Assembly: GCF_004010195.1 (NCBI RefSeq)
Contig: NC_057718.1
Location: 57,365,023 to 57,429,022 of the forward strand
Source: Chiloscyllium plagiosum
Taxonomy: Eukaryota
Direction of reading: 5' to 3'
Length of the DNA: 64,000 bases
Part shown: piece by piece, positions 36,131 to 49,516 of the stretch
How the letters are laid out: every line of letters begins with the position of its first letter
Numbering within the stretch: the first letter of the stretch is position 1
The notes under the pieces: model-generated
Database searches by the model: none
The model's input: only the letters and a program-made list of their open reading frames with translations
Told to the model about the DNA's origin: nothing
Made by a program: the position numbers and the translations under genes

Positions 36131-38779
36131 TCAACTAATACCTTACTTTGAAAATGCTCATCCTTGTTTCCATATCCATCCGAGACTTGACCCTACCATT
36201 TCTCTAGTCTGTTCCAGTATAATAGACATTCCAGATACTAACGCAGCTTTAATTCTTGAACATTCCTGATTTTAACTGGTCCACCACTGTTCCATCATTT
36301 CAGTTGCTGAGGTCCTAAATACTGGAATTCCCTCCATAAACCTTTCAATTCTCTACATCATGTTTTCCTCCTGTAGGGGATTCCTTAAAATCTAAAACCT
36401 ACCCCTTTCAATAAGCTTTTTGTTATCTGCACTAACATCTTATTCGGGGGCTTTGTGTATATTTTGTTTAATATCACTTCTGTGAAGGGCCATCCATTGC
36501 TTTCTAAGGCAGAGAGTTCCAAGGTCATAGACCTCGTTGAGAGTAAAAAAAAAATCACCTCTACCCTAAATGGGCAAATCCTAAATTCTAAATAGTATGC
36601 CATAATCTTAGGCTCACCTACAAGAGGAAACATCCTTTCCACATCCACCAGGTCAAGACTGTTCAAGACCTTATCTTGGGTTGAACCTCCACAATCCAGC
36701 AGTCTTGAGACTGGCAACTGCTGTGGTTCATCACCCTCCGTACTTCCAGTTTTCTGAAGATCCCACAGTGCTTCTGCTTTTTTTTTAAGAGGATGCATTT
36801 TACACTACAGAAGAGAACATTTTTGAGAATTTAAATGCTGTAAAGGCAGTTAGAAGCATAACAAGCAGAGTTCCTGACATGTAACTACTGTAAAGGGAGC
36901 TCCCAGTATTTAAGAACTGAAAAGGAATTTCAAAGAGCAGCAGGCAAGCATTCCAGCAGTTAACTACTGATAGGCAGTTTAATAAGCAATGGGAGTTCAC
37001 AGCTATGGATCACCTGAAAACTTTCTCTGTCATAAGATCAGATGTGGTAATGTTCGCTGATGGTTGCACAATGTTCAGCACTATTTAGGACTCCACAGAT
37101 TCTGAAGCAGTCCATGTTCAAATGCAACAAGATCTGGACGATAGACTTTGGCTAACAAATGGTAAGTAATATTTGCAGAACACAAATGCCACAGGAATGA
37201 CCATCTCCGATAAGAGACACCTAATCACTGCCCTTTGGTAAAGCCATTGAATATCACTGAACCCTGCACTACCAAAATCCTGGGGTTTCGATTGACCTGA
37301 CTTAACTGGACTTCCGTCAGACACAGTAGCTACAACAGCAGGTGAGGGGTCAGGGACACTGTAGCTAGTAACTCACCTCTTGATTTCCCAAAGTCTATTC
37401 ACCATCTACAAGGCATCAGGGACAAGGAGTGTGATGGAATACTCCCCACTTGCATGGATGGGTACAGCTCCACCAACACTTAAGCGGCTTGATACCGCCC
37501 AGGACAAATTGGGTGCTTGATTGGTACCATGTCCACAAGCATCCATTACTGCATGTCTACTTTCTACAAGATGCACTTCAGAAATTTATCAAAGATCCTT
37601 CAACAACACCTTCCAAACACACAAAGACTTCATCAGGAAGGACAAGGGCAGCAAATACATGGAAACACCATCACCTGCAAGTTCCCCTCAAAGTCACTCG
37701 CCATCCCGACTTGGAAAATATTGTCTTTCCTTCACTGCTGAGTCAAAATCCTGGAATTACCTCCTTAAAGGCATTTTGGGACTACCTACAGCATATGGAC
37801 TAGAGCGGTTCAAGAAAGCAGCTCATTACCAGCTTCTCAAGGGCAACGAGGGACAGGAATAAATGCCCACGTCCCACGAGTGAAAACAAAACACATTTTA
37901 AAGAGTAGACAGCAAGCGAGAATTCCCATGATTTAACACCTGTCACAGTTCCTGGTATTTAACCATTTAACTGTTTGAAATGGCATCAGAGAAAACAATG
38001 CAGTGGAAATGCATCGCTATCTGTACAGCAAAAGATTGAATTATTGAAAAAATTAGAAATGTATACATTGGTACAGGCCTGTTTCAGGCTTTCAATCACA
38101 CGCTGTGGTCTTCCACAGTGTGTGATTGAAAGATGAAAAAGGATAATATCTTTAGCAAACAAAAACAGAAATCACTCAAGAAACTCAGCAGGTTTAGCAA
38201 AATCTATGGAAAGAAAGCAGAGTTGATGTTTTGAGTCTGGTGATTCTTTATCAGAACTGTTAGTAACTAGGAAAAAGTGATATTTATGCTGAAGCCGAAA
38301 TGGGGAGGGTGGGGGTGGTAGGGGAGGTGAGCAGATAATTGGACTTGGTGCTGAGAGAGAGAGAGAGACTTGAAAGGCGTAGGTAAACAAGGTGGTTATG
38401 GATAACAGGCCAGGACAGAAGAGAAGCTGAGTTGAAAAAAACAGAAGAGGTCAAATCTGTATATAAAATACAATATAAACTTCTTTAAAGAAAGACCAAA
38501 ATACTTGAGACTAGCCCACTGTAAGATTGTTTCAGGGTGATTCCTCACCAGCCCCCTAAAGCTGACCGTGATGTACAACAATCCCATGGATGAATAGCTT
38601 ATCAAGGGTCATACTAGAAGTCCTTTGTATGTGTAGTGACTTCAGGTTATTAGAAGAAATGGGAGTGGAGAAAGAAATGGTTTAAAAACTCTGACATGTG
38701 ACTTCCCTTTCTCTGGTTTGGCAAAGGCCCGATCCTGAGCTGTAAAATAGAAGTACAACCTGGAGCAGCATCAAGTCAA

Positions 38780-39290
38780 TTTTCACCATTCTCTACTCCA
38801 ATGGAATCAAGTCAAGTTTGTCCAAGTGTTCCTCATAAGACAACCTACTTATTCCAGTTGTCATTATAGTAAACTTCCTCTGAACTACCTCTAATGCATT
38901 TATTTCCTTCCTTAAAGAAGGAGACCAAAACTGCATATAATATTTGAGTTGTAGTCTCATCAAATCCCCGTATAACTGAAGCATAACATTCTTGTGTTTG
39001 TGTTCAATTCATGGTCCTTCATTACATGCTGCATCTGCAAACTAACCTTTTGTGACTCCGGCACTAGAATACAGAGATCCCTCTGCACCTTGGAATTCTG
39101 CAGTCATTTTCCACTTAAGTGATACCCTTTTTTATTGTTTCTGCTAATGTGAACCATTTTCCAACATTAAAAACCTGGCAGATGGAGTGTACCTATTCAC
39201 TCAACCTATCCATATCCATCTGCAACCCTCATATGTACTTTCCTACCTACATTGGTGACATCTGCAAATTTAGCAACCATGCCTTTGCTC
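38780..39290 (-). mobile_element. Old CR1 ORF2 fragment
   Basis: LQLYGDLMRLQLKYYMQFWSP...LEVVQRKFT. Confidence 0.7.
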
Positions 39291-40522
39291 TCCTCACTTA
39301 CAATGACACCCTCCTTTTCCTGACCATTGACCAAATCAGAGCCCTCTGTACTAACGGATATACGAAAATCATAAGTAAGAGTTTGTGAGTCTCTTAGTAT
39401 TCATGATTAATTAATTATTTATGTCAGTATTATCAACATATGCCTGGATAAATATGATCACTTTACTGAGTTGTGGAAGTTGATGGAAGGAAAAATTGAT
39501 CAGGATTGCAACAAGTAGGTGTTACTACTGAGACGAGAGGAATGTGCTCGTTATTAAGCCCCACTACTCTATTATGATGTGGAGGTTAACCCCTCTGTTA
39601 ATTAAAAGTAAACACCCAGAAAAGCTTGCCTTGCCTCATAATCTGTTAAAATGTGAGTGACAGAGAACTCCTAATTTCCATTACTTAAATAACAATTTAT
39701 TTTCCTAACTCTAATAGCAAATACTAAACAAAACACAATGAGCAAATTCAAGTCCCCTTTTTCTTAACTACTTCTTATCTGATCCAACTCTATAAAAATG
39801 CTGTTCCAACAAACACACTTATTAAACATTACATTAACTTAATCTCAAGTCCACACAGCTTCTGTCTTCCCAGCTGTCTTCAATCTTCCATCTGCTGATC
39901 TCCCTGGGTCAACTTCTTTCTTTTTACATCTCTATGACTCTATGAATATGTTTTACAGGAAAAGGTACCTTTCGATAGAGAATGCTTTCTTATTTCTTTG
40001 CTAGCAAGATGTTAAATTGGCAGCTGCTCTCCCTCTAATTTTCAAAATGCCGGGTTTATATACTCCACATGGCACATTAAATTCTTATAATTTGATTGGT
40101 TTCCAGGTGTTAAAACAATTAAATTCAAATTCCATTAGCTTCTGGTATCCTGGGCATAACTTAAACTAATTGGTTAAATTTGAATTGTTGTCAAAACAGC
40201 AACCAAAACTCAGGTAAACATTTAACAGCCAATTTGTTACATGTATGCATTTTGGAATAGTCCGTCTCCCAGCTTTTCCATTCGGACAGCTGAGTCTGCA
40301 CTTTTAAGGTTACTTCAATATTCAAAAAACACTCTCTATTTTAAAGTGAACACACATGCTTTCAACTTCGTAATGACTCCTTGATTTGCACCATTAGTAT
40401 AAATGTTTCGATCTAATCACCAAAATGGCATATTATTTTCCCCTTAGGTATTGCCATCTAGAATAAAAGAGACATTCACCAGGTTCTTTCACAAACTCAA
40501 AATTAATTCCTTTACTTCAAAA

Positions 40523-40805
40523 TGGGCAGCATGGAAGCTCAGTGGTTAGCACTGCTGCCTGACAACACCAGGGACCCGGGTTCAATTCTAGCATTCGGCG
40601 ACTGTCAGCGTGGGTTTCCTCCCACAATCCAAAGATGTGCAGGTTAAGTGAATTGGCCATGCTGAATTGCCCATTCAGGGATGTGTAGGTTAGGTGCATG
40701 AGTCAGGGATAAGTGTAGGGGAATGGGTCTGAATGGGATACTCTTCTGAGAGTCGGTGTGGACATGTTTGGCCAAAGGGCCTGTTTCCACACAGTAAGGA
40801 TTCTG
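40523..40805 (+). mobile_element. V-SINE (HE1-like)
   Basis: tRNA head, partial V-domain and tail. Confidence 0.85.
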
Positions 40806-43800
40806 ATTATTAAAAAAAAACTAAAGAAATTTCTCAATGCGTGTGGCCAAACTGGTTAACATCTAAACTATAATCCAGAATTAGGATGATATCCCTTTAT
40901 TAATTCTAAACAAACCCTTGTTTCACATAAAGGACAGCAAAGACTCAGCAGAGATGATATTTTGAAAGGGTCAAAAGACTCACTGTTATTTGCCAAAGGT
41001 CAGGAAAACAAAAGATAGGATTTGACAAATTCTCACAGTATACCGGGTATTTTGCTGACAAAATTGAATTGCTGACATAGACTGGTGGAAGATCTTCCAG
41101 GCAAGCTTCAGCTTTGATAGAAATCAAGCTGATTCCAAGAGTTTGAAAAGCAGTCACAACTCAGTGTTTCGGGGTTTATGAGGTAGTCTAATATTGAGAT
41201 GTGAGAACTTTATCCTGTTCTCAATTACTTCAACCAAGAGAGACTGAGAGATGAGTAACTCACTACTAACTCTGGTGGCTTTCTTCTTTCCTTCTGACTC
41301 CCTAGGTTTTTTGAATCAGTAGCCAAGACTGGAAAGGATTGTTAGGCAACTATCAGAACGGGGGCCCAATAATCTTTTTCGAAGCCAAGTCTTTCAGCAA
41401 TAAACCCTATCTCTGATTTCTCTAAAAGTCTTGCTTGGCTGTTTTCCAAATCACTTAACCTTCAGTAATTAGCATGAGGAACATAGTCATATTTAACTTA
41501 ACCTAATTTCCAAAAGAAAACATGCCCTTCTCCCTTGGTAAAAACCTTGTTTAATCTAGAAAGTGTCTAAACAGTTCAATATGTTCCAGGTGCTCACATA
41601 ATCTATAAATATAAATATGTAGTCCCAACATGCCTGCACCCTTAGGAAATGAAGTACCATTTCCAGATTATGATGTAGACATGAAAACATATACAAAACA
41701 AAAACACTAAAGTTTAGAATACAAAGTCCACATTTTTATTTCCTTTGTTTTGGCTGATGGACTAAAAATGGGAAGATTCTGCTTTAAATCAAGGGAACAA
41801 TGTAGAGGTGGTTGTAGTCTTAAAACCCATGATCATTGGAGCAACCTGTGAGTTATGTATAATGCTACTTTTCCCTGGAACAGTGAGAGTATAAACAGAT
41901 ATCAAGGAGATGGTGGGATGATTGCTTGGCTTCAGTGTTCTGATTGATTGCTATGTAGGTGACCTTGGCTTATATGGAGCAGGTGGAGCAAAGAATCACC
42001 TTGCTTCTAGAGAGAAAGCATAACAAGAACTCTCTTCTGTGGTGATGTATTAGCAAGTCTCCAGTAACAGCTGGCTGACTTTATTTCAACTTATTCTGCC
42101 AATGCCCAGTTGAGGGAGGAATAAAACACCTTCAAAGACAATGAAAGGATGAATGAAAGAAAAGATCAGTTTTTGAACAACTTTATTTCAACAGCAAAGA
42201 ACTGAAAAGGAATTGAAAGGAAGAGAAGGAAAGAAACTCATCAAATCCTGTGGTCCAGACTGGTGCTCCTGACTAGCTTATTCTGATTTTTCTTTCTTTT
42301 TTCACATTGATATACATATTTTACATGTCTATCTTTTGTGAATTGTGGGAGGGAGGGACTTAAGACAGGAAAGAATTTAAGTTGCAGAGTTAGCAATAAG
42401 TTAGCAATTCAAATTTCCTAATTGCCATTGGTTAAAGACAATTTTTTGTAATAAACATTTATTTTCTTGTTAAACATGGAAACCCATTGAATCTTTTAGC
42501 CTGAGTTTGTCAGTCAGGCAAATTGGGAACTTTTAATAGCTTAACCAAATATTTTCACATTTGTGACGATTTCAGAAATAGTGGACTTTTATTTCCAGCA
42601 CTGTGCCCGAGTAAGCCATGATAACACTTATATTAATTTATCCTTATTCGCTCTTTATACAAAATCCATATAGTCTATTGTCATCTTATTAATTTCCAAA
42701 TGATTCCAATATTATTGCATTATTGACAGTGCATCAGGAATGATGTTATCCTTCCCAGTAAAATTAACAATCTTTGTTATGTGGCTGAGTTAGCAAAAGC
42801 TTCTGAAACAGTCTAGCATTTGATTTTTAAGCTTTTCTACAAAGGCCAAGTGATTTATGTTCAGATGTATTTACATTATTTTGCAGTTATGATAGATGTA
42901 AATTTGAATATGTTTAAGAGTTTGTAACAATCCTAGGGTTTCTTTTTTATACTGTACACTATTTAATGATGATTTAAGTTTTTTAGTTCTGGCTTATCTA
43001 TGCTCGATTCATCTGCTTGTAGTTATTCTACCCCATCCCAAAATCACTGGCAATAATGGTCGTTTTAAAGGGTTTAGTGCAGTTAGAGGAAACCAACGCT
43101 GGTTCATTTGTTAAGATTATCTACAGCTTTTCAAAAGCTGTTAGGCACTCTTTTACCACATTGCCTTTACCTGCTTTTGCACTAATCCTATAGTGGAGCT
43201 ATTATGGTGTTGAAATTTGCCAAAAACTCAACAGAAGCCACGCAGGCCCATGTATCCACGATGTCCCATTTAACGTTTGGAATGGGGAATTCCGTCAAAG
43301 GCTTTACTTTCACTGTAAAGCCTTTCACTGTCCATTGCAACATGTCCTTTTCCTTACAACGTGTGATACATAAGTCACCCACATTTACATGATTACACTC
43401 TTGGCAAGATCTATATTAAATCAGGTAACTGTAGCTGTTTAGATGACACTTACAATTGTTTTACATGTTCCCCCCAAGTGTTGCTGTATGCTATACATCA
43501 TCTAAGTAAATCACACAATTACGAACACAAATTACAACTTGGTTCATGAGTCTTTGGCAAGTAGTGGATTGGCAAGTAGCATTTTAAAACCCAAATGGTA
43601 TGGCTTGACATTGATAAAACCCATTTGTGGCACAAAATCTAATCTCTCCTTTGAACTTTATTTCAATGACACTTGCCACTCCAGACTTAAGCAAAAAAAA
43701 GTGCTATTTTATTGATGTAGATTTCCCTATAGCTACCACAGGTCTAGCTAAACCTATACACCCTAGTTTATAACAATAGATGTCCTTAAACTCTATAAGT

Positions 43801-44555
43801 AATCTAATTAGATCCTCCCATTTTCATTCCTGTTTGAACTGGAATATGATGTTCAATTGTCCCATTATTGCAATATTAGCTAACTGAATAACAGGTGATT
43901 CAATTTGTGAATTATCTATGTCTCTTTCTGCCTCGCTCTCATTTTCTATGGTATCCTCCACTATTCCTTCTTCCTGACATTCTTGCTCCTTCTTACCTTC
44001 TTCCAATGGGCTATCATTTCATCTTTTTGAAATGGCAAAACTGACTCCTTTTCCTGTGATCTGGAGTATTTATCAGATAAATTCACTACTAACTTTGTTA
44101 ATTACATTGTATGGATCAATGAAACTTATTTTTCAAGTTTGTCCCTGTAAAAGTAACAATACTAATATTTCATTCCCTTTTTGTAATGTTCTGGTTTCAG
44201 CATGTTTATCTGACCATCCTTTCATCTTTGCCTGTGGAGTTTCTTTAATGCTCCCATGCTACTTTGAAGATTCTATCCAGCATTTCTAATCACATGGCCA
44301 TTAATTAAACCTAATAGATTAATTTGGTAAGTCTCTGGTAGCAAAAACAGAAAATCCAGACCTTTGTTCCTATTGTATAGATATTCTTGACCATTTACTT
44401 TAATCATTATCTTGAGACAATGACAATGCCTCTCTAAAGGTCCCTTTGTCTGTGGATGATACACTGTGTATTCAGTTCTTATGCCCAGGTTACATATTGT
44501 GTCTTAAAAAATTGTGCCTGAAATTGGAATCTTAATCTGGCTGTTTCTATTGGTA

Positions 44556-44815
44556 GGCGAAAGTGAGGACTGCAGATGCTGGAGATCAGAGTCAAGATTA
44601 GAGTGGTGCTGGAAAAGCACAGCAGGTCAGGCAGCATCCGAGGAGCAGGAAAATCAGGCAAAAGCCCTTCATCAGGAATGGTGCTGTACGGTGGCTCAGT
44701 GGTTATCACTGCTGTCTCACAGTGCCAGGGATCTGGGTCCAATTCCATCCGTGGGTGACTGTCTGTGTGGAGCTTACACGTTCTGACTGCGTCTGTGTGG
44801 GTTTTCTTTGGGTGC
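44556..44815. mobile_element. Penelope terminal fragment plus V-SINE head nested in the Gypsy integrase
   Basis: aaagtgaggactgcagatgctggag...cccttcatcaggaat followed by cggtggctcagtggttatc. Confidence 0.75.
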
Positions 44816-45271
44816 AAGACTGATTAATCCAGCTTCTCTTTGGATTTCTCAAATACCCATCAGATTATTCTCTCCATATTAACATGTTTCTATTGGTAGC
44901 CTATAATGAAGAAAAAGTAAAGTTGATTTTTCCACTATTACTTGAACTGTGATTGTCCTCAAAGGGATGGCTTTTGGGAACTGTGTTGTCATATCTATAA
45001 TAGTTAAGATATACTGGGTCTCCTGCTTTTCGTTTTTAGTAATGGTCTCTGCAGTCTACTTACACCCTATTAGACAGTTCCTCCAAACTGATACAAATAT
45101 TATAAGTACTGGTTTGGTTATATGTTTTGGTTTTCCCACCGATTGGCATGTCTTGCCTGTTTCAGAAACCTGCACTGTGTCTTTGTGAACATCAGTAAAA
45201 GTGTCTGTTCATTGATGCTTGAGTTTTCTGCACTTCTGCATATTCTGCCAAATGACACCCTCCAGTTTCCT

Positions 45272-45593
45272 CAGATTTCTCCAGTTTCCTCATTTCCCAT
45301 CCCCACATCTTGTCTCAGTCCCAACCCTCGAACTCAGCACCACCTTCCTAACCTGCAATCTTCTTCCTGACCTCTCCGCCCCCACTCCCACTCCGGCCTA
45401 TCACCCTCACCTTAACCTCCTTCCACCTGTCGCATTTCCAACGCCCCTCCCCCAAGTCCCTCCTCCCTACCTTTTATCTTAGCCTGCTTGGCACATTCTC
45501 CTCATTCCTGAAGAAGGGCTCATGCCTGAAATGTCGATTTTCCTGCTCCTTGGATGCTGCCTGACCTGCGCTTTTCCAGCAACACATTTTCAG
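45272..45593 (+). mobile_element. Penelope terminal repeat with hammerhead core (45508), inserted at the Gypsy protease
   Basis: Near-identical to 34343-34610. Confidence 0.8.
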
Positions 45594-46670
45594 CCCTGTC
45601 TCCCTGAATACAGTTATGGGTTTAACTGTAGCTTTGAGGAACAATGGATTGCTTTTCCTATTGACAAGAATCATTTAAATTTCTCATTTATCTTATTCAT
45701 CTCTCCTGCACTCCCCAGCAGTGTTGTTCTTTAGTCTCCCAGTTATAGTTAAAGCTACAATTGGAGTCTTTGTATTTTCATTCTGCAATACTTTTTCCGA
45801 GTAGCTCTTATGAAGCAGTAAATCCCGATTTTCCACATAACTTCCAACCTCCTGAAAGAATGTGTTGCACTTTGTTACAAAGTCAACTCTAGGTCTTTGA
45901 TTTTCACTCAGCACCTTCCTTTCTGGCCTAAGAGGGATTTCTGAAGGCATTCCGAGCTGTCCCTTCCTTTTACTCTCCCACCTTACCTCCTTCTCAGTTC
46001 TATGGTATAACAGAACAAAGCTCTAATTTTATGGATCAACTGATAGTTATCAGCCATCTCTGCTGCCTAATTAACTTCAGCATGAATTGTCATGACTGGA
46101 GGAAGAGAAGTTTTAATTTCTTTTAACGAAAATAATTTCTCTGAGATCTACATATGTGACATTTACTTCTAATGCCCTTCTCCAATGGTCAAAATTACTT
46201 TTCTTTAACCTTTAAAAAACAGTCTAGGTTAAGCAAATCTGTTTCATTATGATTCAAAACTTTTGCCTGCATGCTTCAGGAACTAACTTATACTCACAAA
46301 GAATAGCCTTTTGTATTGCACCATGATCCGTAGAAACCCCTTCTGAAAGTGTTGCATCTACTTGTCAACGTCTATGCATGAGCAGTGCTCAGTTTTGTTA
46401 CCTCCTCAAATGAAATGAAGAATACCTCCAAGTCCTTTTCCTTAAATTTTGGTAGGTCTTGTAACATTTAAACATCTGAGACTTTGGGTTAAGGTAGAAC
46501 TTTTCTCTGCATTTCAGCTTTTGTTCTTTAACTGTAAAGCAGTATTCTCTTTTTGATTCCCTCTCTTCATTCTTTGCACTCTCTTGAAATTCTAGTTCCA
46601 GTCTCCCATGTTCCACTTCACTCTCATGTGCTTGTTCTTGTTCTCCTTCAAGTTCAAGATTTAAAATAAA

Positions 46671-46958
46671 ATTGCAATGCTTCTGCCTTTTCTTTTCCTG
46701 CTTTTGAAATTTCATTTCTAACTGCTTAATTTCTTTTTCGTGCTCAAGCTACTTTAACTGTAACATGAGGTCTAGTGAGTTTTCTTCATGGAGTGCCGTC
46801 ACTAGCGGTGTTCCGCAAGGATCTGTTTGTCATTGCTGTTTGTCATTATTGCAATGCTTCTGCCTTTTCTTTTCCTGCTTTTGAAATTTCATTTCTAACT
46901 GCTTAATTTCTTTTTCGTGCTCAAGCTACTTTAACTGTAACATGAGGTCTAGTGAGTT
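46671..46958 (+). repeat. 111-bp direct repeat flanking a 66-bp CR1 RT fragment
   Basis: 46671-46781 is identical to 46848-46958; spacer encodes SWSAVTSGVPQGSV. Confidence 0.92.
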
Positions 46959-47559
46959 ATCTCTCACAATTTTCCAGTGCCCTCTTCACTGTATATGCAC
47001 TACATACAGCACTATCCATGCGTTGTCAGGTGCAAGTTCTCCTGCTTCTGGGGCATTCCTGGACTCTCACTGTTAGCATCATGTATAAAGCATGCATGTG
47101 CACCAGGTCAAAATACTGGGAATTGGAAATAACCCTTTTCAGCAGATGTAATGGGGGTGAAATAAAAAGAAAAACTTCTGAGAGCGTGTATTTGGAACAG
47201 GTGAAATTTTTTAGGAAATAGATTACATTTTTAAATGTATTGCCACTTCACAGAATCGCCTGTCTGACCACAGCTACATGAATGAAACTACAGGTATTGC
47301 CCGTTCTTAATGCTATAGCATAGTACAGCCCTTTCTGAAGGAATTGTGTAGTTTCCCTGATGCCCAGTGCAGCATGACATTTTGTCTTTGTTGAATGTGG
47401 GAGTTATAAAGACTTTAAACAATTGTTAAAGTCAACTTTTATTAAACACAAAAGGAAAAGCAAACAAAATTGTTGCATTTACTTCTGGGACTAAACAGGG
47501 ATGCTTGCCTTTCAAATAATAACAAATTAACAGTCAATGAATGATGTCTTCACACAACT

Positions 47560-48480
47560 CACGTCTATTGGAATTGGATATCAATTAAGTGCTAATGGCT
47601 TGTTACCCCTGACACGGTACTACTCTGTCATGGTAAAACTGATGTCCCCTTACTGGATGCCTTCATCTTCCTTCATGGAAGACTCCCAACTCTTCAGCGT
47701 CCATCACATTTTCTCTTTGTCTGTTCCAGTTGTGCAGGTCACAGTATGCTAGGATTTTCCGGTTCCTCTGTCTGGGTGTACAGGCTTCAGAACCTCAACT
47801 TCAGGAGGCCCAATCATCTAGTTCACCATGGCCCTGGGTGAAGAATGTGTTGCTTTGTAGTTATACTTGGCTTCAGCCAAGGAGTTGCATGTCAAGAGTC
47901 ATTAGCCGTTGTTGCAGAGGGTAACCTTTGTCTCCCAGCAACCATCCTTGTAAAGGAATCCAGTGCTTGATATGATTCAGAAATCCGAGAGTGGTCAAGT
48001 ATATTGGCATCATGGCAGCTTCCAGGGTACCTGGGGCAGACCTCTGAGAGGTGATATCGATGATCACAGATAACAACTTATAAATTTACTGAAAGAAATT
48101 ATTTTCTATTGATAAACCCCGCTGCATCCTGATATAGAGCTCTCAAAATGATGAATACAGTCTGCAATATCCTACAAATAGGGAGAGTCTGCTATGTTGG
48201 CTAAGCCTACTCCTGAGCTGCAGTATTGACCTTGTCACAGAGGTGAGATGCGGTGGTGTGATCTTGCAGATGTTGCATCCACGACAGACTTGTTTAAAAA
48301 GAAAATTTGCCCATTCTGGGTATGGTGGCGACTATTTTCATTGCCATTGTACATTTTTAATTTGGATTCTGATGGCAAACAGCAGAGGCAGTGCTTCGCA
48401 GAGGCTATTACCAGTTCAACCTGTCAATCTAGGTGCTCCACCAGAACTTCAATGTTTTTTACTTGTGCTTCATGTTGACT
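47560..48480 (-). mobile_element. PIF/Harbinger DNA transposase remnant
   Basis: FINRK.F.SVNL.VVICDH, YPGSCHDANIL, WLLGDKGYPL..LMT, YN...H...R...IG.LLKLRF motifs, disrupted by stops and frameshifts. Confidence 0.85.
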
Positions 48481-48889
48481 CCATTATTTCTGAGCTTCCA
48501 CATCTTCTCATCTAGCCATTTAATTTCAGCCTTCATTCACCAAAGATCCTCAGACAGCACCTTCCAAACCCATGACCATTTCCCTCTAAAAGGACAAGGG
48601 GAGCAGATACTTGGGAACACCACAACCTGCAACCTCCAAGCCACTCACCATCCTCACTAGGAAAATACCATTGTTCGTTCACTGTCACTGGGTCAAAATC
48701 CTGAAATTCTCTCCCTAAGGGCTTTATGGGTCTACCTACAACACGTGGACTGCTGCGGTTCAAGAGGACAGCCCATTACCACCTTCTCAAAGGCAGCTAG
48801 GGTTTGGGATTAAATCCTGCCCAGCCAGTGATGCCCACATCCTACAAGTGAACAAAAAAATTCTCCACTTTACCCCTGAGCTCCAGGTA

Positions 48890-49063
48890 CAGAGAAACCT
48901 CGATTACCTGGCATTCAATTATCCCAATATTGGATTATCTCGTAAGATCGCAAGGTCCCGATGCTCAGCTAAACTATTTTATCCAGTATTCAATTATCTG
49001 GAATTCAATTAGCCAAGTGAAATACTCCCCGCCCGTATCCTTTGGATAATCGAAGTTCCTCAG
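48890..49063. mobile_element. Tc1/mariner (Tigger/pogo-like) MITE
   Basis: TA|cagagaaacctcgatta ... taatcgaagttcctcag|TA: imperfect TIRs and TA target duplication. Confidence 0.75.
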
Positions 49064-49516
49064 TATATCGTTTAGTTATGTCAACTATTGTGATGCACTG
49101 TATCTCCATCAAAGTCAGGGTAATGGTGACCACATTACAACCCTCCCTTATAACTCATGCCCTTCAATGCTCTATCCTCTTCCATTCTTAAGTGCTGAAT
49201 TGGCCCTCTCCCCCACCCTTTACAATTATTGTCACTTCAACATCCCAGAATTCTATTCCTACAAATTCCACAACTTGCCCACCACAGTAGTTGCCTTTGA
49301 TTATGCCCTTGACTTTCACTGAATAAACCCTCAGGATTGACCATGGTTGATTTGAAACAATAGACCTGACTGAGAACTGAACAGATCACCGACTGAGTTT
49401 GTGCAGCTCTCTGAGTTATTGCTAATCTCTGAATTGGTTGGACTTGACCTGGACATTGACTGTTGCCCAATCTCTGGACTGAAACTATACAGAATCCCTG
49501 TCCACTCCAAGTATCT

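Larger units (their letters stand above)
42720..46960 (-). mobile_element. Decayed Ty3/Gypsy LTR retrotransposon internal region, Gmr1-type domain order
   Basis: Gag: coiled coil, PKFKEKDLEVFFISFE, KAILCEYKLVPEACRQKF (about 46260-46720). Protease: KPITVFRETG (about 45595-45625). Integrase: TCQSVGKP, QYILTIIDMTTQFPKAIPLR, YHPQTKGPLER (about 44270-45190). RT: CVIYLDDV (about 43500). RNase H: KPFKTTIIASDFG...GKDNIIPDALS (about 42720-43080). Confidence 0.85.

Noticed and set aside
39571..42626. Candidate LTRs (about 39571-40375 minus; segment ending ataaca at 42626)
   Set aside because: LTR-like in character, but I could not find a matching pair, PBS or TSD.
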